Below, one piece after another: positions 9,862 through 19,599 of a stretch of 64,000 nt of DNA. Each line of letters opens with the position of its first letter. Positions within the stretch are counted from its first letter, which is position 1. A model generated the notes under the pieces. It saw only the letters and a program-made list of their open reading frames with translations, was not told the DNA's origin and made no database searches. The position numbers and the translations under genes are program-made. Source of the stretch: an uncultured Bdellovibrionales bacterium (GTDB taxonomy: Bacteria; Patescibacteriota; Minisyncoccia; Moranbacterales; UBA1568); assembly GCA_964580285.1 (NCBI GenBank), contig CAZOKB010000003.1:31403-95402 (forward strand), written 5' to 3'.

Positions 9862-9949
9862 AAAAGTTTTCTCTGTTGGTCGTTCTGTTGGTGACCGTTG
9901 GATACGAAGTACCACAGGGAGACAACGGGATGCCAACAAAGAAAACTTT
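9862..9949 (+). promoter_or_regulatory. conserved structured intercistronic element, copy 3 (sufS-sufU)
   Basis: Outer stem aaagttttctctgttgg/ccaacaaagaaaacttt with the same conserved core. Its AGGGAG+ATG at 9930 is in frame with sufU. Confidence 0.55.
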
Positions 9950-9968
9950 CTTCAGGAAATGTACCACT

Positions 9969-10331
9969 ATGTCTCTCTATCAGGACCTTATCCTCGACCA
10001 CTACCGCAACCCTCGCAATCAGGGTGTCTTGAAAGCGCCCACTCACAGCGCCGGTGCCCATAACCCAACCTGTGGCGATCGACTCGAGATGCAGCTTTTA
10101 GTAAAAAATGGTATTATTGCCGATGTAAAGTTTTCTGGTTCAGGGTGTGCTATTTCACAGGCAAGCGCATCGCTTCTCTCGGAATTCCTCAAAGGAAAAT
10201 CTCTCGAGGAAGCCCGCACTTTTGGAAAAGACAATCTTTTAGCCCTCTTGGGTGTAACACTTTCTCCAAATCGTTTGAAATGTGCCCTCCTCTCTCTGGA
10301 AACTTTTGATAAAGCCGTAAACAGTAAATAA
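9969..10331 (+). CDS. sufU: SufU/IscU-like Fe-S scaffold (zinc-dependent sulfurtransferase type)
   Basis: MSLYQDLILDHYRNPRN…NPTCGD…GSGCAISQASAS, a SufU-type signature. An alternative in-frame start at 9930 lies inside the element. Confidence 0.85.
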   Translation: MSLYQDLILDHYRNPRNQGVLKAPTHSAGAHNPTCGDRLEMQLLVKNGIIADVKFSGSGCAISQASASLLSEFLKGKSLEEARTFGKDNLLALLGVTLSPNRLKCALLSLETFDKAVNSK

Positions 10332-10337
10332 GAAACT

Positions 10338-10607
10338 ATGGCATGGAAAGATGAAGCGCGCCCAGCTGGCCCAGTGAAGCTCGCCAATGGTTGGACGGTT
10401 GAAGTAGATCCGAATGTGTGTATCGGAGCCGCTCCTTGTACCGCTATCGCTATGAAAACCTTTGCGCTCGATGAAAACGGCAAAGCCGGTGTACTCTCAA
10501 CAGCCGACGAGGATGATAAAGATACTATTCTGAACGCTGCTAAGGCCTGCCCGGTTGCTGCCATTCTTATTAAGGATGAAACAGGGAAACAGATTTTTCC
10601 AGAATAG
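10338..10607 (+). CDS. small mono-cluster ferredoxin
   Basis: 89 aa. CIGAAPC…ACPV pattern resembling single-cluster Fd of the Pyrococcus type. The Ala at the second ligand position suggests a [3Fe-4S] cluster. Confidence 0.65.
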   Translation: MAWKDEARPAGPVKLANGWTVEVDPNVCIGAAPCTAIAMKTFALDENGKAGVLSTADEDDKDTILNAAKACPVAAILIKDETGKQIFPE

Positions 10608-10650
10608 TTTTCTGGAATAGAGAATGTAGAATAAGGAATAGAGAAAAGAA

Positions 10651-10682
10651 AACAATAATCCTCCATTCGGAGGATTATTGTT
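10651..10682. terminator. perfect 14-bp stem-loop (terminator or attenuator-like) between ferredoxin and sufT
   Basis: aacaataatcctcc-attc-ggaggattattgtt. The T-tract lies only on the minus-strand side, so the role is ambiguous. Confidence 0.4.
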
Positions 10683-10728
10683 TCAGAAGCCTCTATTCTC
10701 TATACTATATTCTATATTCCCCTTCTCT

Positions 10729-11046
10729 ATGTCTCACACCGCATCACAACTCAAAATCGCGATCCAAGAGAAGCTCAAGCTCGTTCTTGATCCTGAGCTC
10801 GGTGTTTCGATTTGGAATCTCGGCCTCGTGTACACTATCACGGTATCAAAAGAAGGGGTTGCTCTTATCACCATGACCCTCACCACTATCGGCTGTCCTC
10901 TCTTCCCAGCGATTCAGAAAGACATTGAGGATCGGCTCATGGCCATCGACGGTATCGAAGACGTAAAGATCGATCTCGTCTTCGATCCACCCTGGACCCC
11001 CGAGAAGATGAATGAGGAAGCCAAGATCCAGCTCGGCTGGGATTAG
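10729..11046 (+). CDS. sufT: SufT/DUF59 (MIP18-family) Fe-S assembly protein
   Basis: LDPELGVSIWNLGLVY…TMTLTTIGCPL…I…VKIDLVFDPPWT, the characteristic DUF59 motif. Confidence 0.75.
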   Translation: MSHTASQLKIAIQEKLKLVLDPELGVSIWNLGLVYTITVSKEGVALITMTLTTIGCPLFPAIQKDIEDRLMAIDGIEDVKIDLVFDPPWTPEKMNEEAKIQLGWD

Positions 11047-11095
11047 AAATAGCTTGTTGGCTTCATTGGCGGCGGGCTGATTACCTCGTAAAATT

Positions 11096-11139
11096 GAAAA
11101 AAGCACAGGAGTTTTTACTTCGGTGCTTTTTTCTTTTCC
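11096..11139 (+). terminator. putative terminator after sufT
   Basis: aagcac…gtgctt stem followed by TTTTTTCTTTTCC. The loop is long. Confidence 0.35.
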
Positions 11140-11193
11140 TGTTATTCACCAGTACATTTACTCACGATCGACGCTCAATGTAACCATTATTTC

Positions 11194-11233
11194 CTGTACA
11201 CAATTTTCCACGACCGTTACACATTGTGTACAC
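11194..11233. promoter_or_regulatory. palindrome upstream of secreted-protein paralogs (possible operator)
   Basis: ctgtacacaat-N18-attgtgtacac, 10-11-bp arms, in a 370-nt non-coding region. Confidence 0.3.
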
Positions 11234-11417
11234 TTTTTTATGTTTAGACCAACACTTTATTGCCTCCCCTGTGGTGTCTGAGAACATTCAGCAGTCCATC
11301 GCGAAATACCGGTAGGAAAAATTTCCAAAGATGTCAGCTTGAGTTTTTTCTCTTGCTTATGTAAGAGAGAGAGGGTAAACTAAAATCAAGATTTTCTAAC
11401 ATAAAAAGCGTACTGTT

Positions 11418-12008
11418 ATGCGGAAACTCGTACACTCCAGCCTGTACTGGGGAAAAGTCGTGGTATTAGGGATTATCGTAGGCGTTGGGATTCAGTTTGC
11501 GGAAGCCTGGACCAACCCGAGCGTCTCTGCTCCTGGTGGTAATGTGGCCGGGCCAATTAATACCGGAGTTTTCGATCAGGTGAAGAATGCCTCTTTGGGT
11601 CTTATTGGGAATCTGGCTTCCGGATTAGTCCAATTAAACACGGTAGTTGTTGAAGGAACGGCATGTCCTTCAAATGGTTTGGTAGGCAGAGATAGCATAG
11701 GTCGTATTCTTGCTTGTCAGAGTCTCATCTGGACACGACAGAATGGTGGTGGATCACCAGTATGGGTATATACCCGGTCCTCACATGATGCATTTTCCAT
11801 CTTAACCTCAAACCCTATTCCTTTTTGTTATCCAACCAGTCAGCAAAGAAATAGCCGCTCATCATTTCACTATCCTCCTGGAGACTGGCATTATATTTTT
11901 ACTTATACTGGCACAGGGCGTTGTCCTACCCCAGGAGTGCAATGCGTTACAGATAGTGGTCCAGGGCGAGGATATTCATTCTATATATACACCTGTACCG
12001 CTCTCTAA
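11418..12008 (+). CDS. secreted/membrane-anchored protein, paralog A (196 aa)
   Basis: N-terminal hydrophobic signal ending IQFAEAW. Conserved ~100-aa module shared with the next ORF (PGGN…SLGL.GNL..GL.QLNT.V.EG..C.SNGL.GR.S.G.L.CQSL.W). Confidence 0.6.
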   Translation: MRKLVHSSLYWGKVVVLGIIVGVGIQFAEAWTNPSVSAPGGNVAGPINTGVFDQVKNASLGLIGNLASGLVQLNTVVVEGTACPSNGLVGRDSIGRILACQSLIWTRQNGGGSPVWVYTRSSHDAFSILTSNPIPFCYPTSQQRNSRSSFHYPPGDWHYIFTYTGTGRCPTPGVQCVTDSGPGRGYSFYIYTCTAL

Positions 12009-12025
12009 TCCGCTTTTCTTTAGCT

Positions 12026-12340
12026 ATGTTTAAAGACTTCAAAAAGAGTTTGGGTATTGTGGTACTCGGTCTATTACTCGGAACTTCCATCCAATTTGCT
12101 TATGCCTGGAGTAATCCGACCACTCCTCCACCAGGAGGCAATCTTGATGGTGCGCTCACGACCGGAATTATCAATCAAATCAAACGATCTTCGTTGGGCC
12201 TAACTGGCAATCTTTCTGTTGGACTTATCCAACTCAATACTATCGTGATAGAGGGATCGACATGTTCTTCGAATGGACTCTTGGGCAGAAATAGTACCGG
12301 AGCTCTTCTTTCTTGTCAGAGTCTCGTATGGAAGAAATAG
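12026..12340 (+). CDS. secreted protein, paralog B (104 aa, module only)
   Basis: Same signal and module as paralog A, including both conserved Cys. It lacks paralog A's C-terminal extension. Confidence 0.6.
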   Translation: MFKDFKKSLGIVVLGLLLGTSIQFAYAWSNPTTPPPGGNLDGALTTGIINQIKRSSLGLTGNLSVGLIQLNTIVIEGSTCSSNGLLGRNSTGALLSCQSLVWKK

Positions 12341-12350
12341 ATTTTTTGTC

Positions 12351-13214
12351 TTATTTCTTCGTGTAAGAATCGATAAGCTCTCTGACTTGGGCATCGTTTC
12401 GGGTGCGGAAGTGGAGCAAATCCTCCCCTTCGCGGACCTGTGTCTCATAGGTCGGTCGACCGGTCTCACGATAGATCACGCCGAGTGCGAGACGCTCTTG
12501 GTCCATGCCAATTTTCCAAGCCGCAGCCCGATCCGATGTATCGTGTTCCTCCCCGAGCAGATAGGTATGCTCCATAAACCACTGGTAGGTATTCTGCTTA
12601 TTGAAGACAACGCACGGCTGGAAAATATCCACCAATGCATACCCCTTGTGTTGTATCGCCTCTTTCACAATAGCCACTGCTTGGGGAATATTGCCGGCGT
12701 AAGCCCGAGCTACGAAGGTCGCTCCGACTGAGAGCGCGACCGGGATCGGATTGAACGGCTCGAGGATAACGCCTCCCGGCTGGAGCGGCGTTACGAGACC
12801 CTTCTCCGATGTCGGCGATGCCTGCCCCTTCGTCAGGCCGTAAATCATGTTGTTATGGACGATATTCGTGATATCCGGATTGCGGCGAATAGTGTGCATG
12901 AAGTGATTCCCTCCTTCTCCATAGGTGTCGCCATCACCACTCTCAGCAATCACCGTCAACTTTGGATTCGCCACCTTGATTGCCATAGCTGGTCCGAGCG
13001 CTCGGCCATGCAGACCATTGAAATAATTGAGGCGCAGATAGTGCGGAGTCTTGGCAGCCTGTCCGATACCAGAAGTCATGACGACTGATTCCGGCAGGAT
13101 ATCGAGCTCGGCCAAGGCGTTCTTCACGATGGTCAGGATAGGGAAGTTCCCGCAGGCCGGGCACCAGCTGACATCCGTACCATGAGGCATATCATAGAGC
13201 TTTTTGTCGATCAT
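12351..13214 (-). CDS. 2-oxoacid:ferredoxin oxidoreductase, beta (TPP-binding) subunit
   Basis: CPGCG-like N-terminus (CPACGNF) and a GDG…N TPP motif ([15 protein letters not shown]). Confidence 0.85.
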   Translation of the reverse strand: MIDKKLYDMPHGTDVSWCPACGNFPILTIVKNALAELDILPESVVMTSGIGQAAKTPHYLRLNYFNGLHGRALGPAMAIKVANPKLTVIAESGDGDTYGEGGNHFMHTIRRNPDITNIVHNNMIYGLTKGQASPTSEKGLVTPLQPGGVILEPFNPIPVALSVGATFVARAYAGNIPQAVAIVKEAIQHKGYALVDIFQPCVVFNKQNTYQWFMEHTYLLGEEHDTSDRAAAWKIGMDQERLALGVIYRETGRPTYETQVREGEDLLHFRTRNDAQVRELIDSYTKK

Positions 13215-13225
13215 AGCCGTATATC

Positions 13226-14929
13226 TTAAGCGATTGCCTTTTTTATTTTCTCGACCGTCTCCTCCACCGAATACGGCGATCCGTCATACTTCAGGATCCG
13301 CTCGCTGACTTCGATGCCGAGATCACGCTCGAGCAGATCAGCGAACTGTCCGACAGCGTTGTTTTCCATCACAACGATCTTCTTCTTGGAGAACAGTTTC
13401 TTCGCTTTCGGATTGAGTGGATAGACCTGCGAGAAATGAAGGCCAGCTACGGATGCATCCTTGATCTTGCCGAGCGCTTCTTCGAGGATACCCCGATTCG
13501 ATCCCCAGGTGACGATGAGCGTCTTGGCGCCCTTCACCTTTTCAATCTCTTCCGGCATGAGCGCCGCTGCCTTCATGAGCTCAAGCTTCCGCAAACGCTT
13601 TTCATGCATAGCAATGCGCACATCGGCACTTTCGGTGATATGCGCTTCTTCATCGTGTTCATCACTATCAACTCCAACAAGTCCCTTTCCGAATCCCGGT
13701 ATACCACGCGGCGATACACCATCCTCCGTCACGACATAGCGACGATAGGCAGCATCGGTCTCGACGATGTGCTTGGTCACCGGCAGGAGTTCTAGATATT
13801 CCTTCGGGACCGTTGATATCGAATCAAGCATATACTGATCCGACAAGACGAACACTGGAATCTGATACCGATCAGCTGCTTCAAATGCGTGCTGCATTGC
13901 ATGGAATGCCTGCGCGGGAGTACCCGGAGCGAATATCGCCCGCGGAAACTCGCCGTGTCCGGCATAGAGCACGAGATTAAGATCAGCCTGCTCAGTCCGT
14001 GTTGGCAGCCCGGTCGCCGGTCCCGGACGCTGGCCAATATGCACCACCACGGGCGTTTCGATCATCCCCGAGAGACTCACTCCCTCACACATAAGCGCAA
14101 ATCCTCCACCCGAAGTGGTGACTAAAGCCCGCGCGCCAGCATACCAAGCACCGATCGCGATATTGATCGCTGCGATCTCGTCTTCCGCTTGATCGATAAC
14201 GATACCGAACTTCTGTGCCTGACTCGCCAGATAGGTCAGCACACCCGTACCGGGAGACATAGGGTACGACGAAGCAAAATCACACCCTGCCGCGATAGCT
14301 CCCAGCCCCAGAGCGGTATTGCCATCAAGCAAGAGTTCCTCACGGACCGTCTCATCCTTCCGGAGACTAACCTCAAAGCCCTCCATGAAAGCGACATGAC
14401 TTCCGAAATCCATACCTTTAGCAGCTGCTTCGAGGTTCTTCTTCACGATTTCTTCGCCCTTGCGAGCAAAATGCGCCCGCAGATAATCTTCAAACGGTTT
14501 ACGCTCCGCACCGAGCATACCAAGCACCGCTCCCACCGCAATCGTCGAGGCGAAAATCGGATTCCCGAGCTCAGCCGAAAGCTTCGTGAATGGCAGGTCA
14601 ATAATATGTGCCCCGTCCCACTGCACTTTTTCTTTCTCTCCGAGAATAATTGTGTGCTTGCCAATGCGGTGTGTGAGGTGCGGAATCACGTCCTTATCAA
14701 GAGCTAAGAGAAAATCTATATGGTCAACATAGGCCAATGGCATCCCCTTGCCAATACGGATCTCGGTTGAATTTGATCCTCCACGAATACGCGACATGTA
14801 TTCCTTGCACGCAAAAATCCGGTATCCCTCGGCCTTGAGCACGGATACCAGCATTGCCTCCACCGTCTGTATCCCTTGTCCTGCCGCCCCTCCGAGTACG
14901 ATAGAAATATCCCCTGAAAAACGCTTCAT
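13226..14929 (-). CDS. 2-oxoacid:ferredoxin oxidoreductase, alpha subunit with fused gamma-like N-domain
   Basis: 567 aa. N-terminus [11 protein letters not shown] is gamma-domain-like, followed by alpha-subunit sequence. Lies directly upstream of the beta subunit. Confidence 0.85.
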   Translation of the reverse strand: MKRFSGDISIVLGGAAGQGIQTVEAMLVSVLKAEGYRIFACKEYMSRIRGGSNSTEIRIGKGMPLAYVDHIDFLLALDKDVIPHLTHRIGKHTIILGEKEKVQWDGAHIIDLPFTKLSAELGNPIFASTIAVGAVLGMLGAERKPFEDYLRAHFARKGEEIVKKNLEAAAKGMDFGSHVAFMEGFEVSLRKDETVREELLLDGNTALGLGAIAAGCDFASSYPMSPGTGVLTYLASQAQKFGIVIDQAEDEIAAINIAIGAWYAGARALVTTSGGGFALMCEGVSLSGMIETPVVVHIGQRPGPATGLPTRTEQADLNLVLYAGHGEFPRAIFAPGTPAQAFHAMQHAFEAADRYQIPVFVLSDQYMLDSISTVPKEYLELLPVTKHIVETDAAYRRYVVTEDGVSPRGIPGFGKGLVGVDSDEHDEEAHITESADVRIAMHEKRLRKLELMKAAALMPEEIEKVKGAKTLIVTWGSNRGILEEALGKIKDASVAGLHFSQVYPLNPKAKKLFSKKKIVVMENNAVGQFADLLERDLGIEVSERILKYDGSPYSVEETVEKIKKAIA

Positions 14930-15115
14930 ACTTCCTTTTATTTTGGTTTGATATCTTTTTTAGTATACCACAAAAAATCTCTCTACTTTGAGAAAAAATA
15001 GAACGATTTTTGATTTTCGAAAAAAGATGCAAACGAACAACAGCCGATGAACTTGGTTCTTTTGAGATCAAAAAAAAATGACGTACTCTAGAATCTAAAA
15101 TCGAATATCAAAAAT

Positions 15116-15316
15116 CTACTCTTTAGAGAGCTCTTTCTTCACGACTTCGAATTCATTCTCTACTTCTTTCAGTCGTGCTTTGCTCTCCTTGATAAGTGCA
15201 ACGCCCTCTTTCACTTTCTCAAGCGCCTGCTCGACATCGATCGCCTCCTGCCCCTCGAACCATTCCGTGATACCCTCGAGCTTCTTGAGTGATTCTGCTA
15301 GTGATCCTTTTTTCAT
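15116..15316 (-). CDS. xseB: exodeoxyribonuclease VII small subunit
   Basis: 66-aa helical protein (LEEI…FE…ALE.…L) immediately downstream of xseA. Confidence 0.75.
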   Translation of the reverse strand: MKKGSLAESLKKLEGITEWFEGQEAIDVEQALEKVKEGVALIKESKARLKEVENEFEVVKKELSKE

Positions 15317-15487
15317 AGATTACATATGATTACAATTATACCTATCAAACGAATACGCACCCTCTATCTATCTGCACTCTACCGGGAAACGGAAGGATTT
15401 TTTTCTGATGCCCTACGCTTCCGAGCGTACAGCAAAGAAAAAATCTCTTTCGTTTCCCGGGGAGATATCCTTTCAAAAAACTCTTCG

Positions 15488-17029
15488 TCAACGTACTTCT
15501 GCTTCGATCGTTCCATCCCGTACCTGGAGCGAGAGACGGTCTCCGGTTTTCACTTGTGTCACGCTGCGCACCAGCACACCGCCCGATCGGACCAGCGCAT
15601 ACCCAAGACTGAGTACCCGCTTCGGATCATACTCCCGCAGCTTCTCTTCCGCATACGAGAGCGACTGTCTCAGGCGATCCAGCATAACAGAAAAATTCTT
15701 TATAAAAAGTTTTTCTGACTCCATACACTGCTGGTTTGCTCGGAGAAGCACAAAACGAATCTGTTCGGTTGATCGCCACAACTCTTGTTCAGCTCGCACA
15801 AAACGTTCTTTCAGTTTTGGGAAGACCAGCGCAAGCATCTGTTCTGCTCGTTCTATAAGCGCTCTTTTTTCAGACAAAAAACGTTCTGATCGTTCCCATA
15901 ACAATGTCGAGGCGTGCTCGACTGCTTGACGGGCCCGTTCAAACGGCTCGCGGAGCGTACGCGCCGCCGCGGTCGGCGTCGACACCATGGTATCAGCCAC
16001 CAAGGCCGCCAGGGTTATATCTTTTTCATGCCCGATACCCAGGAGAGTTGGAATAGGGCAAGCAGCCACTTCATGCACCAGCATTTCATTATTGAAGGCC
16101 TGAAGACTTTCCAAACTCCCGCCGCCGCGAATCATGACCAAAAGATCATAGTGATCAGCATGCTCTCGAAAATAGCGGAGTGCCCGCAGGATATCCGGTA
16201 CTGCTCGTTGCCCTTCCACACTCACTGGATAAAAATCCACGTGCAAGCCGAGCTGCCCCAGATTCATCGTAAAATCGCCAATCGCTGCACCCTGCTCAGA
16301 AGTAATCAGTGCGATACGCTCAGGAAACTCAGGGAGCGATCGTTTGCGCTCCAACGTTAACAACCCTTCACGCTCCAGTTTACGAAACAATTCATCATAA
16401 GCCTTCTTGAGCGCTCCTTCGCCAGCCAGTTCGATCAGCCCGACTTTAAGAGATAAGCGTCCACTCGGCTTATAGATATCTGGAGACCCTTCAATAATCA
16501 CTTCGTCACCAATAGATAAACGCACTCCGGACAACTGGTACTGATAACGAAATATAAGACAATTCAAAGTGCTTTCATCCTGACTGTCCTTGAGGGTAAA
16601 ATAAACCACTCGTTCGCGCTCATCCACGCTCGATACTTCTCCCTTGATCCGCGCCGCCATCCCAGAGAGTTCGAGATTCAGACCATCGAGGAACTGACTG
16701 ACCGAAAGGGCATCTATAGCTGGTAACTCGTAGCTAGTAACCGCATCACTTGCCTGTAGTACTTCCTCCATTACTGGTTTCTGGTTACCGGTTACGCCAC
16801 CTACTAAAGAAACAGCTCCGTACTCTTCTACTATCGCAAGAAGAGCCTTCCCATACTTCCGAAATTTTGCCTCTTTAATACCTTTGATCGCCAAAAGTTC
16901 TTCTTTAGTTTGCGGTAAAGCATGCACAATACTGTCCAAAACGGCATTTGGCAGAACCCGAAACACCTCCACCCCCTCTTTCTGGGACTGTTCTCCTCGC
17001 CACGCGCGTAATGCTTCTCGAAGACTCAT
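15488..17029 (-). CDS. xseA: exodeoxyribonuclease VII large subunit with N-terminal HRDC-like domain
   Basis: OB-fold and catalytic region (VYFTLKD…LIFRY…PSGRLSL…MIRGGGS). The N-terminal ~70 aa match the HRDC pattern (EELLAIKGIKEAKFRKYGKALLAIV). Confidence 0.85.
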   Translation of the reverse strand: MSLREALRAWRGEQSQKEGVEVFRVLPNAVLDSIVHALPQTKEELLAIKGIKEAKFRKYGKALLAIVEEYGAVSLVGGVTGNQKPVMEEVLQASDAVTSYELPAIDALSVSQFLDGLNLELSGMAARIKGEVSSVDERERVVYFTLKDSQDESTLNCLIFRYQYQLSGVRLSIGDEVIIEGSPDIYKPSGRLSLKVGLIELAGEGALKKAYDELFRKLEREGLLTLERKRSLPEFPERIALITSEQGAAIGDFTMNLGQLGLHVDFYPVSVEGQRAVPDILRALRYFREHADHYDLLVMIRGGGSLESLQAFNNEMLVHEVAACPIPTLLGIGHEKDITLAALVADTMVSTPTAAARTLREPFERARQAVEHASTLLWERSERFLSEKRALIERAEQMLALVFPKLKERFVRAEQELWRSTEQIRFVLLRANQQCMESEKLFIKNFSVMLDRLRQSLSYAEEKLREYDPKRVLSLGYALVRSGGVLVRSVTQVKTGDRLSLQVRDGTIEAEVR

Positions 17030-17148
17030 ACAAAATCTCTACAGGTATGCTTTCATCATATACGCTCTCTCAGAACTTTCCAACCTATTTTTTCCCTTTA
17101 CAGAAGGGAAAAAACGTGATACCCTTTCACATAGATGTTTTAGAAGTC

Positions 17149-17667
17149 ATGAACGATATTTTCTCGATTTTCAGCCTTCCTGCATTTGCCGGCTCTCTTA
17201 TCATCGGTAGTCTTTTCCTGACTGGGCTTTCACTCCTATTTTTGGTACTTTTTTTCCGAAAACAGCGGGTTCTCGAGCAAAAACTCGATTTTTTCTTCTC
17301 TGGAAAAGATGCCAAGACATTAGAAACCGTACTTGCTGAACAGCTCTCCGAAACCAAGGCCTTGGATAGAGACATCCAAGCACTCTACGATGCTGTTGAA
17401 AAGCTGCGCGCTCTCAGTCTTCGAAGTCTTCATAAGCACTACGTTCTGCGTTTTAACCCATTTAAAGAAGTGGGCGGCAATCAGAGTTTTAGTGTCGCTT
17501 TCTTAGATGGTACTGATTCGGGTGTCGTGCTTTCATCCCTTCATACCCGTGAAGGCACCCGTATATATGCCAAACCCGTAGAGAAAGGCCGAGACAAAGG
17601 TTTTCCCTTTACCGAGGAAGAAAAAGAAGTAGTACGCAAAGCAGCAGCTCTCAAGGTCCTTCCCTAA
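17149..17667 (+). CDS. membrane protein, DUF4446-like (N-terminal TM, coiled coil, conserved C-domain)
   Basis: Start at MNDIFSIF. One TM helix, then LRFNPFKEVGGNQSFSVAFLD. Confidence 0.5.
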   Translation: MNDIFSIFSLPAFAGSLIIGSLFLTGLSLLFLVLFFRKQRVLEQKLDFFFSGKDAKTLETVLAEQLSETKALDRDIQALYDAVEKLRALSLRSLHKHYVLRFNPFKEVGGNQSFSVAFLDGTDSGVVLSSLHTREGTRIYAKPVEKGRDKGFPFTEEEKEVVRKAAALKVLP

Positions 17668-17694
17668 CTCATCACCCCCATCAAATCTATATCT

Positions 17695-19455
17695 ATGAGC
17701 GAATTGGAACAGAAGAAAACCGTAATTATTCCAGAAACCATCAGTGTTAAGAAGCTGTCGGATATTCTTCATGTTCCCGTGGCTGCTGTCATCACCGAAC
17801 TCATGAAAAATGGCATCATCGCCACTATCAATGAAGAAATCGACTTCGACACGGCGAGCGTTATCGCTTCTGACCTGGGCTTTGAAACCAAACCCGAAGA
17901 AGAGGAACTCGGCGGAAAAATCACTCTCGAAAATCTCTCCGATATTTTAGCCACGGAACGCGTATCCGGTGAACCCTTGGCTGAGCGAGCCCCGATCGTC
18001 ACCATTCTCGGTCACGTTGACCACGGCAAAACCACCCTGTTGGATACGATTCGGAAAGCCAACGTTGCCGCTGGTGAAGCCGGTGGTATCACGCAGCGCA
18101 TTAGTGCCTACCAAGTCAAGAAACACGGTAAGATCATCACTTTTATTGACACACCGGGCCACGAAGCCTTTTCCGGTATGCGCAAACGTGGCATTTCGAT
18201 CGCCGATATCGCTATCCTTGTCGTCTCAGCTGAAGACGGTGTCCGCCCGCAAACCAAAGAAGTCATTGAATTCATCAAAGAAAAGAAGCTCCCGGTCATC
18301 GTTGCCATCAACAAGATTGATAAGCCGGAAGCCAAACCGGACCGCGTCAAACAGGAACTTGCCGAACACGGCATCCTCTTTGAAGACTGGGGTGGTGACG
18401 TTATCTGCAACTATGTCAGCGCCAAAAGCAATATCAATATCGATAAGCTGCTCGAAAGCATCCTCCTCGTGGCTGAAGTCGAAGATTTTCGAGCCGATCA
18501 GAAGCGCGATGGACTCGCCGTGGTACTCGAATCCAATCTTGATCCTCAAAAAGGACCAGTGGCTACCGTACTTGTGCGTACCGGTACGCTGAAAGTCGGC
18601 CAAGATATCATTGCGGGTGGCGCCTTTGGGCGTATCCGACGTATTGAAGATTTCCTCGGTCGCAGTCTCACTACGGCTGGCCCATCACTCCCTGCCACCA
18701 TTTTCGGCTTTAATACACCTCCTGCCGTGAACGATATTGTTCAGGTCGTCAGTGGCAAAGCCCTGGCACGTCTCAAGTCTCAGGAGCTCAGCGAGAAAAA
18801 CGCTTCACTTCGGAAAATCAAGGGTGATGAAGACGAGAGTATTAAAAAACTCCGTATCATCCTTAAAGCCGACGTTCAAGGATCGGTCGAGGCTTTGCAA
18901 CAAATTCTTACGGGGGTCGGTAATGAGGAAGTGATTTTGGAAGAAATTACCTCTGGAGTGGGAGCCATCACCGAATCTGATGTCAAACTCGCCGAAAGTG
19001 CTGGCGCCATGATATTCGGCTTCAATGTCGAACCAACCGCGGTGGCCAAACGCATGGCAGAAAATGCTCAAGTCGCTATCGAAACATTCAATATCATTTA
19101 TAAACTCGTCGAATCAGTCAAAGAACGGATGTCTGCCCTCCTTCCCCCAGAAATCGTCCGCACAGACTTCGGGCGACTTTCCGTACTCGCGGTGTTCAAG
19201 ACCGGCAAGCGAGATATGATCGTCGGCGGACGTGTCTCCGAAGGAAAAATGATCCGCGGTACCCTTATTGAGATCAAGCGCGGTGATGAGATTATCGGAA
19301 AAGGCGCTATGGGCAATCTGCAGCAGAACAAGCAGAATGCCGATGAAGTCAATCAAGGCAATGAATGCGGCGTCGTCTTCGATGGACACACCAAGATCCA
19401 GGTTGGTGACACGCTTATCTGCTACAAGGAAGAAGAAAAGAGACGGTCCTTGTAA
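17695..19455 (+). CDS. infB: translation initiation factor IF-2 (compact, 586 aa)
   Basis: G-domain [12 protein letters not shown]…DTPGH…NKID, and a C-terminal beta-barrel. Lacks the long N-terminal extension. Confidence 0.9.
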   Translation: MSELEQKKTVIIPETISVKKLSDILHVPVAAVITELMKNGIIATINEEIDFDTASVIASDLGFETKPEEEELGGKITLENLSDILATERVSGEPLAERAPIVTILGHVDHGKTTLLDTIRKANVAAGEAGGITQRISAYQVKKHGKIITFIDTPGHEAFSGMRKRGISIADIAILVVSAEDGVRPQTKEVIEFIKEKKLPVIVAINKIDKPEAKPDRVKQELAEHGILFEDWGGDVICNYVSAKSNINIDKLLESILLVAEVEDFRADQKRDGLAVVLESNLDPQKGPVATVLVRTGTLKVGQDIIAGGAFGRIRRIEDFLGRSLTTAGPSLPATIFGFNTPPAVNDIVQVVSGKALARLKSQELSEKNASLRKIKGDEDESIKKLRIILKADVQGSVEALQQILTGVGNEEVILEEITSGVGAITESDVKLAESAGAMIFGFNVEPTAVAKRMAENAQVAIETFNIIYKLVESVKERMSALLPPEIVRTDFGRLSVLAVFKTGKRDMIVGGRVSEGKMIRGTLIEIKRGDEIIGKGAMGNLQQNKQNADEVNQGNECGVVFDGHTKIQVGDTLICYKEEEKRRSL

Positions 19456-19599
19456 GGTATTCTTCCGATTTTTTCCTTGTCTTTGTTCAACGCGCGCTGT
19501 TGTACTAAGATGATTTTAGGTTCTCGATTTTAGAATAAATACCGGCTATCCTCATTCTTGTATTCGAAAATCAAACATCTAAAATCTTTATTCAGTCTC

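Noticed and set aside
10043-10666. 207-aa minus-strand ORF
   Set aside because: It overlaps sufU and the ferredoxin on the opposite strand. It is low-complexity with no start context, so it is spurious.
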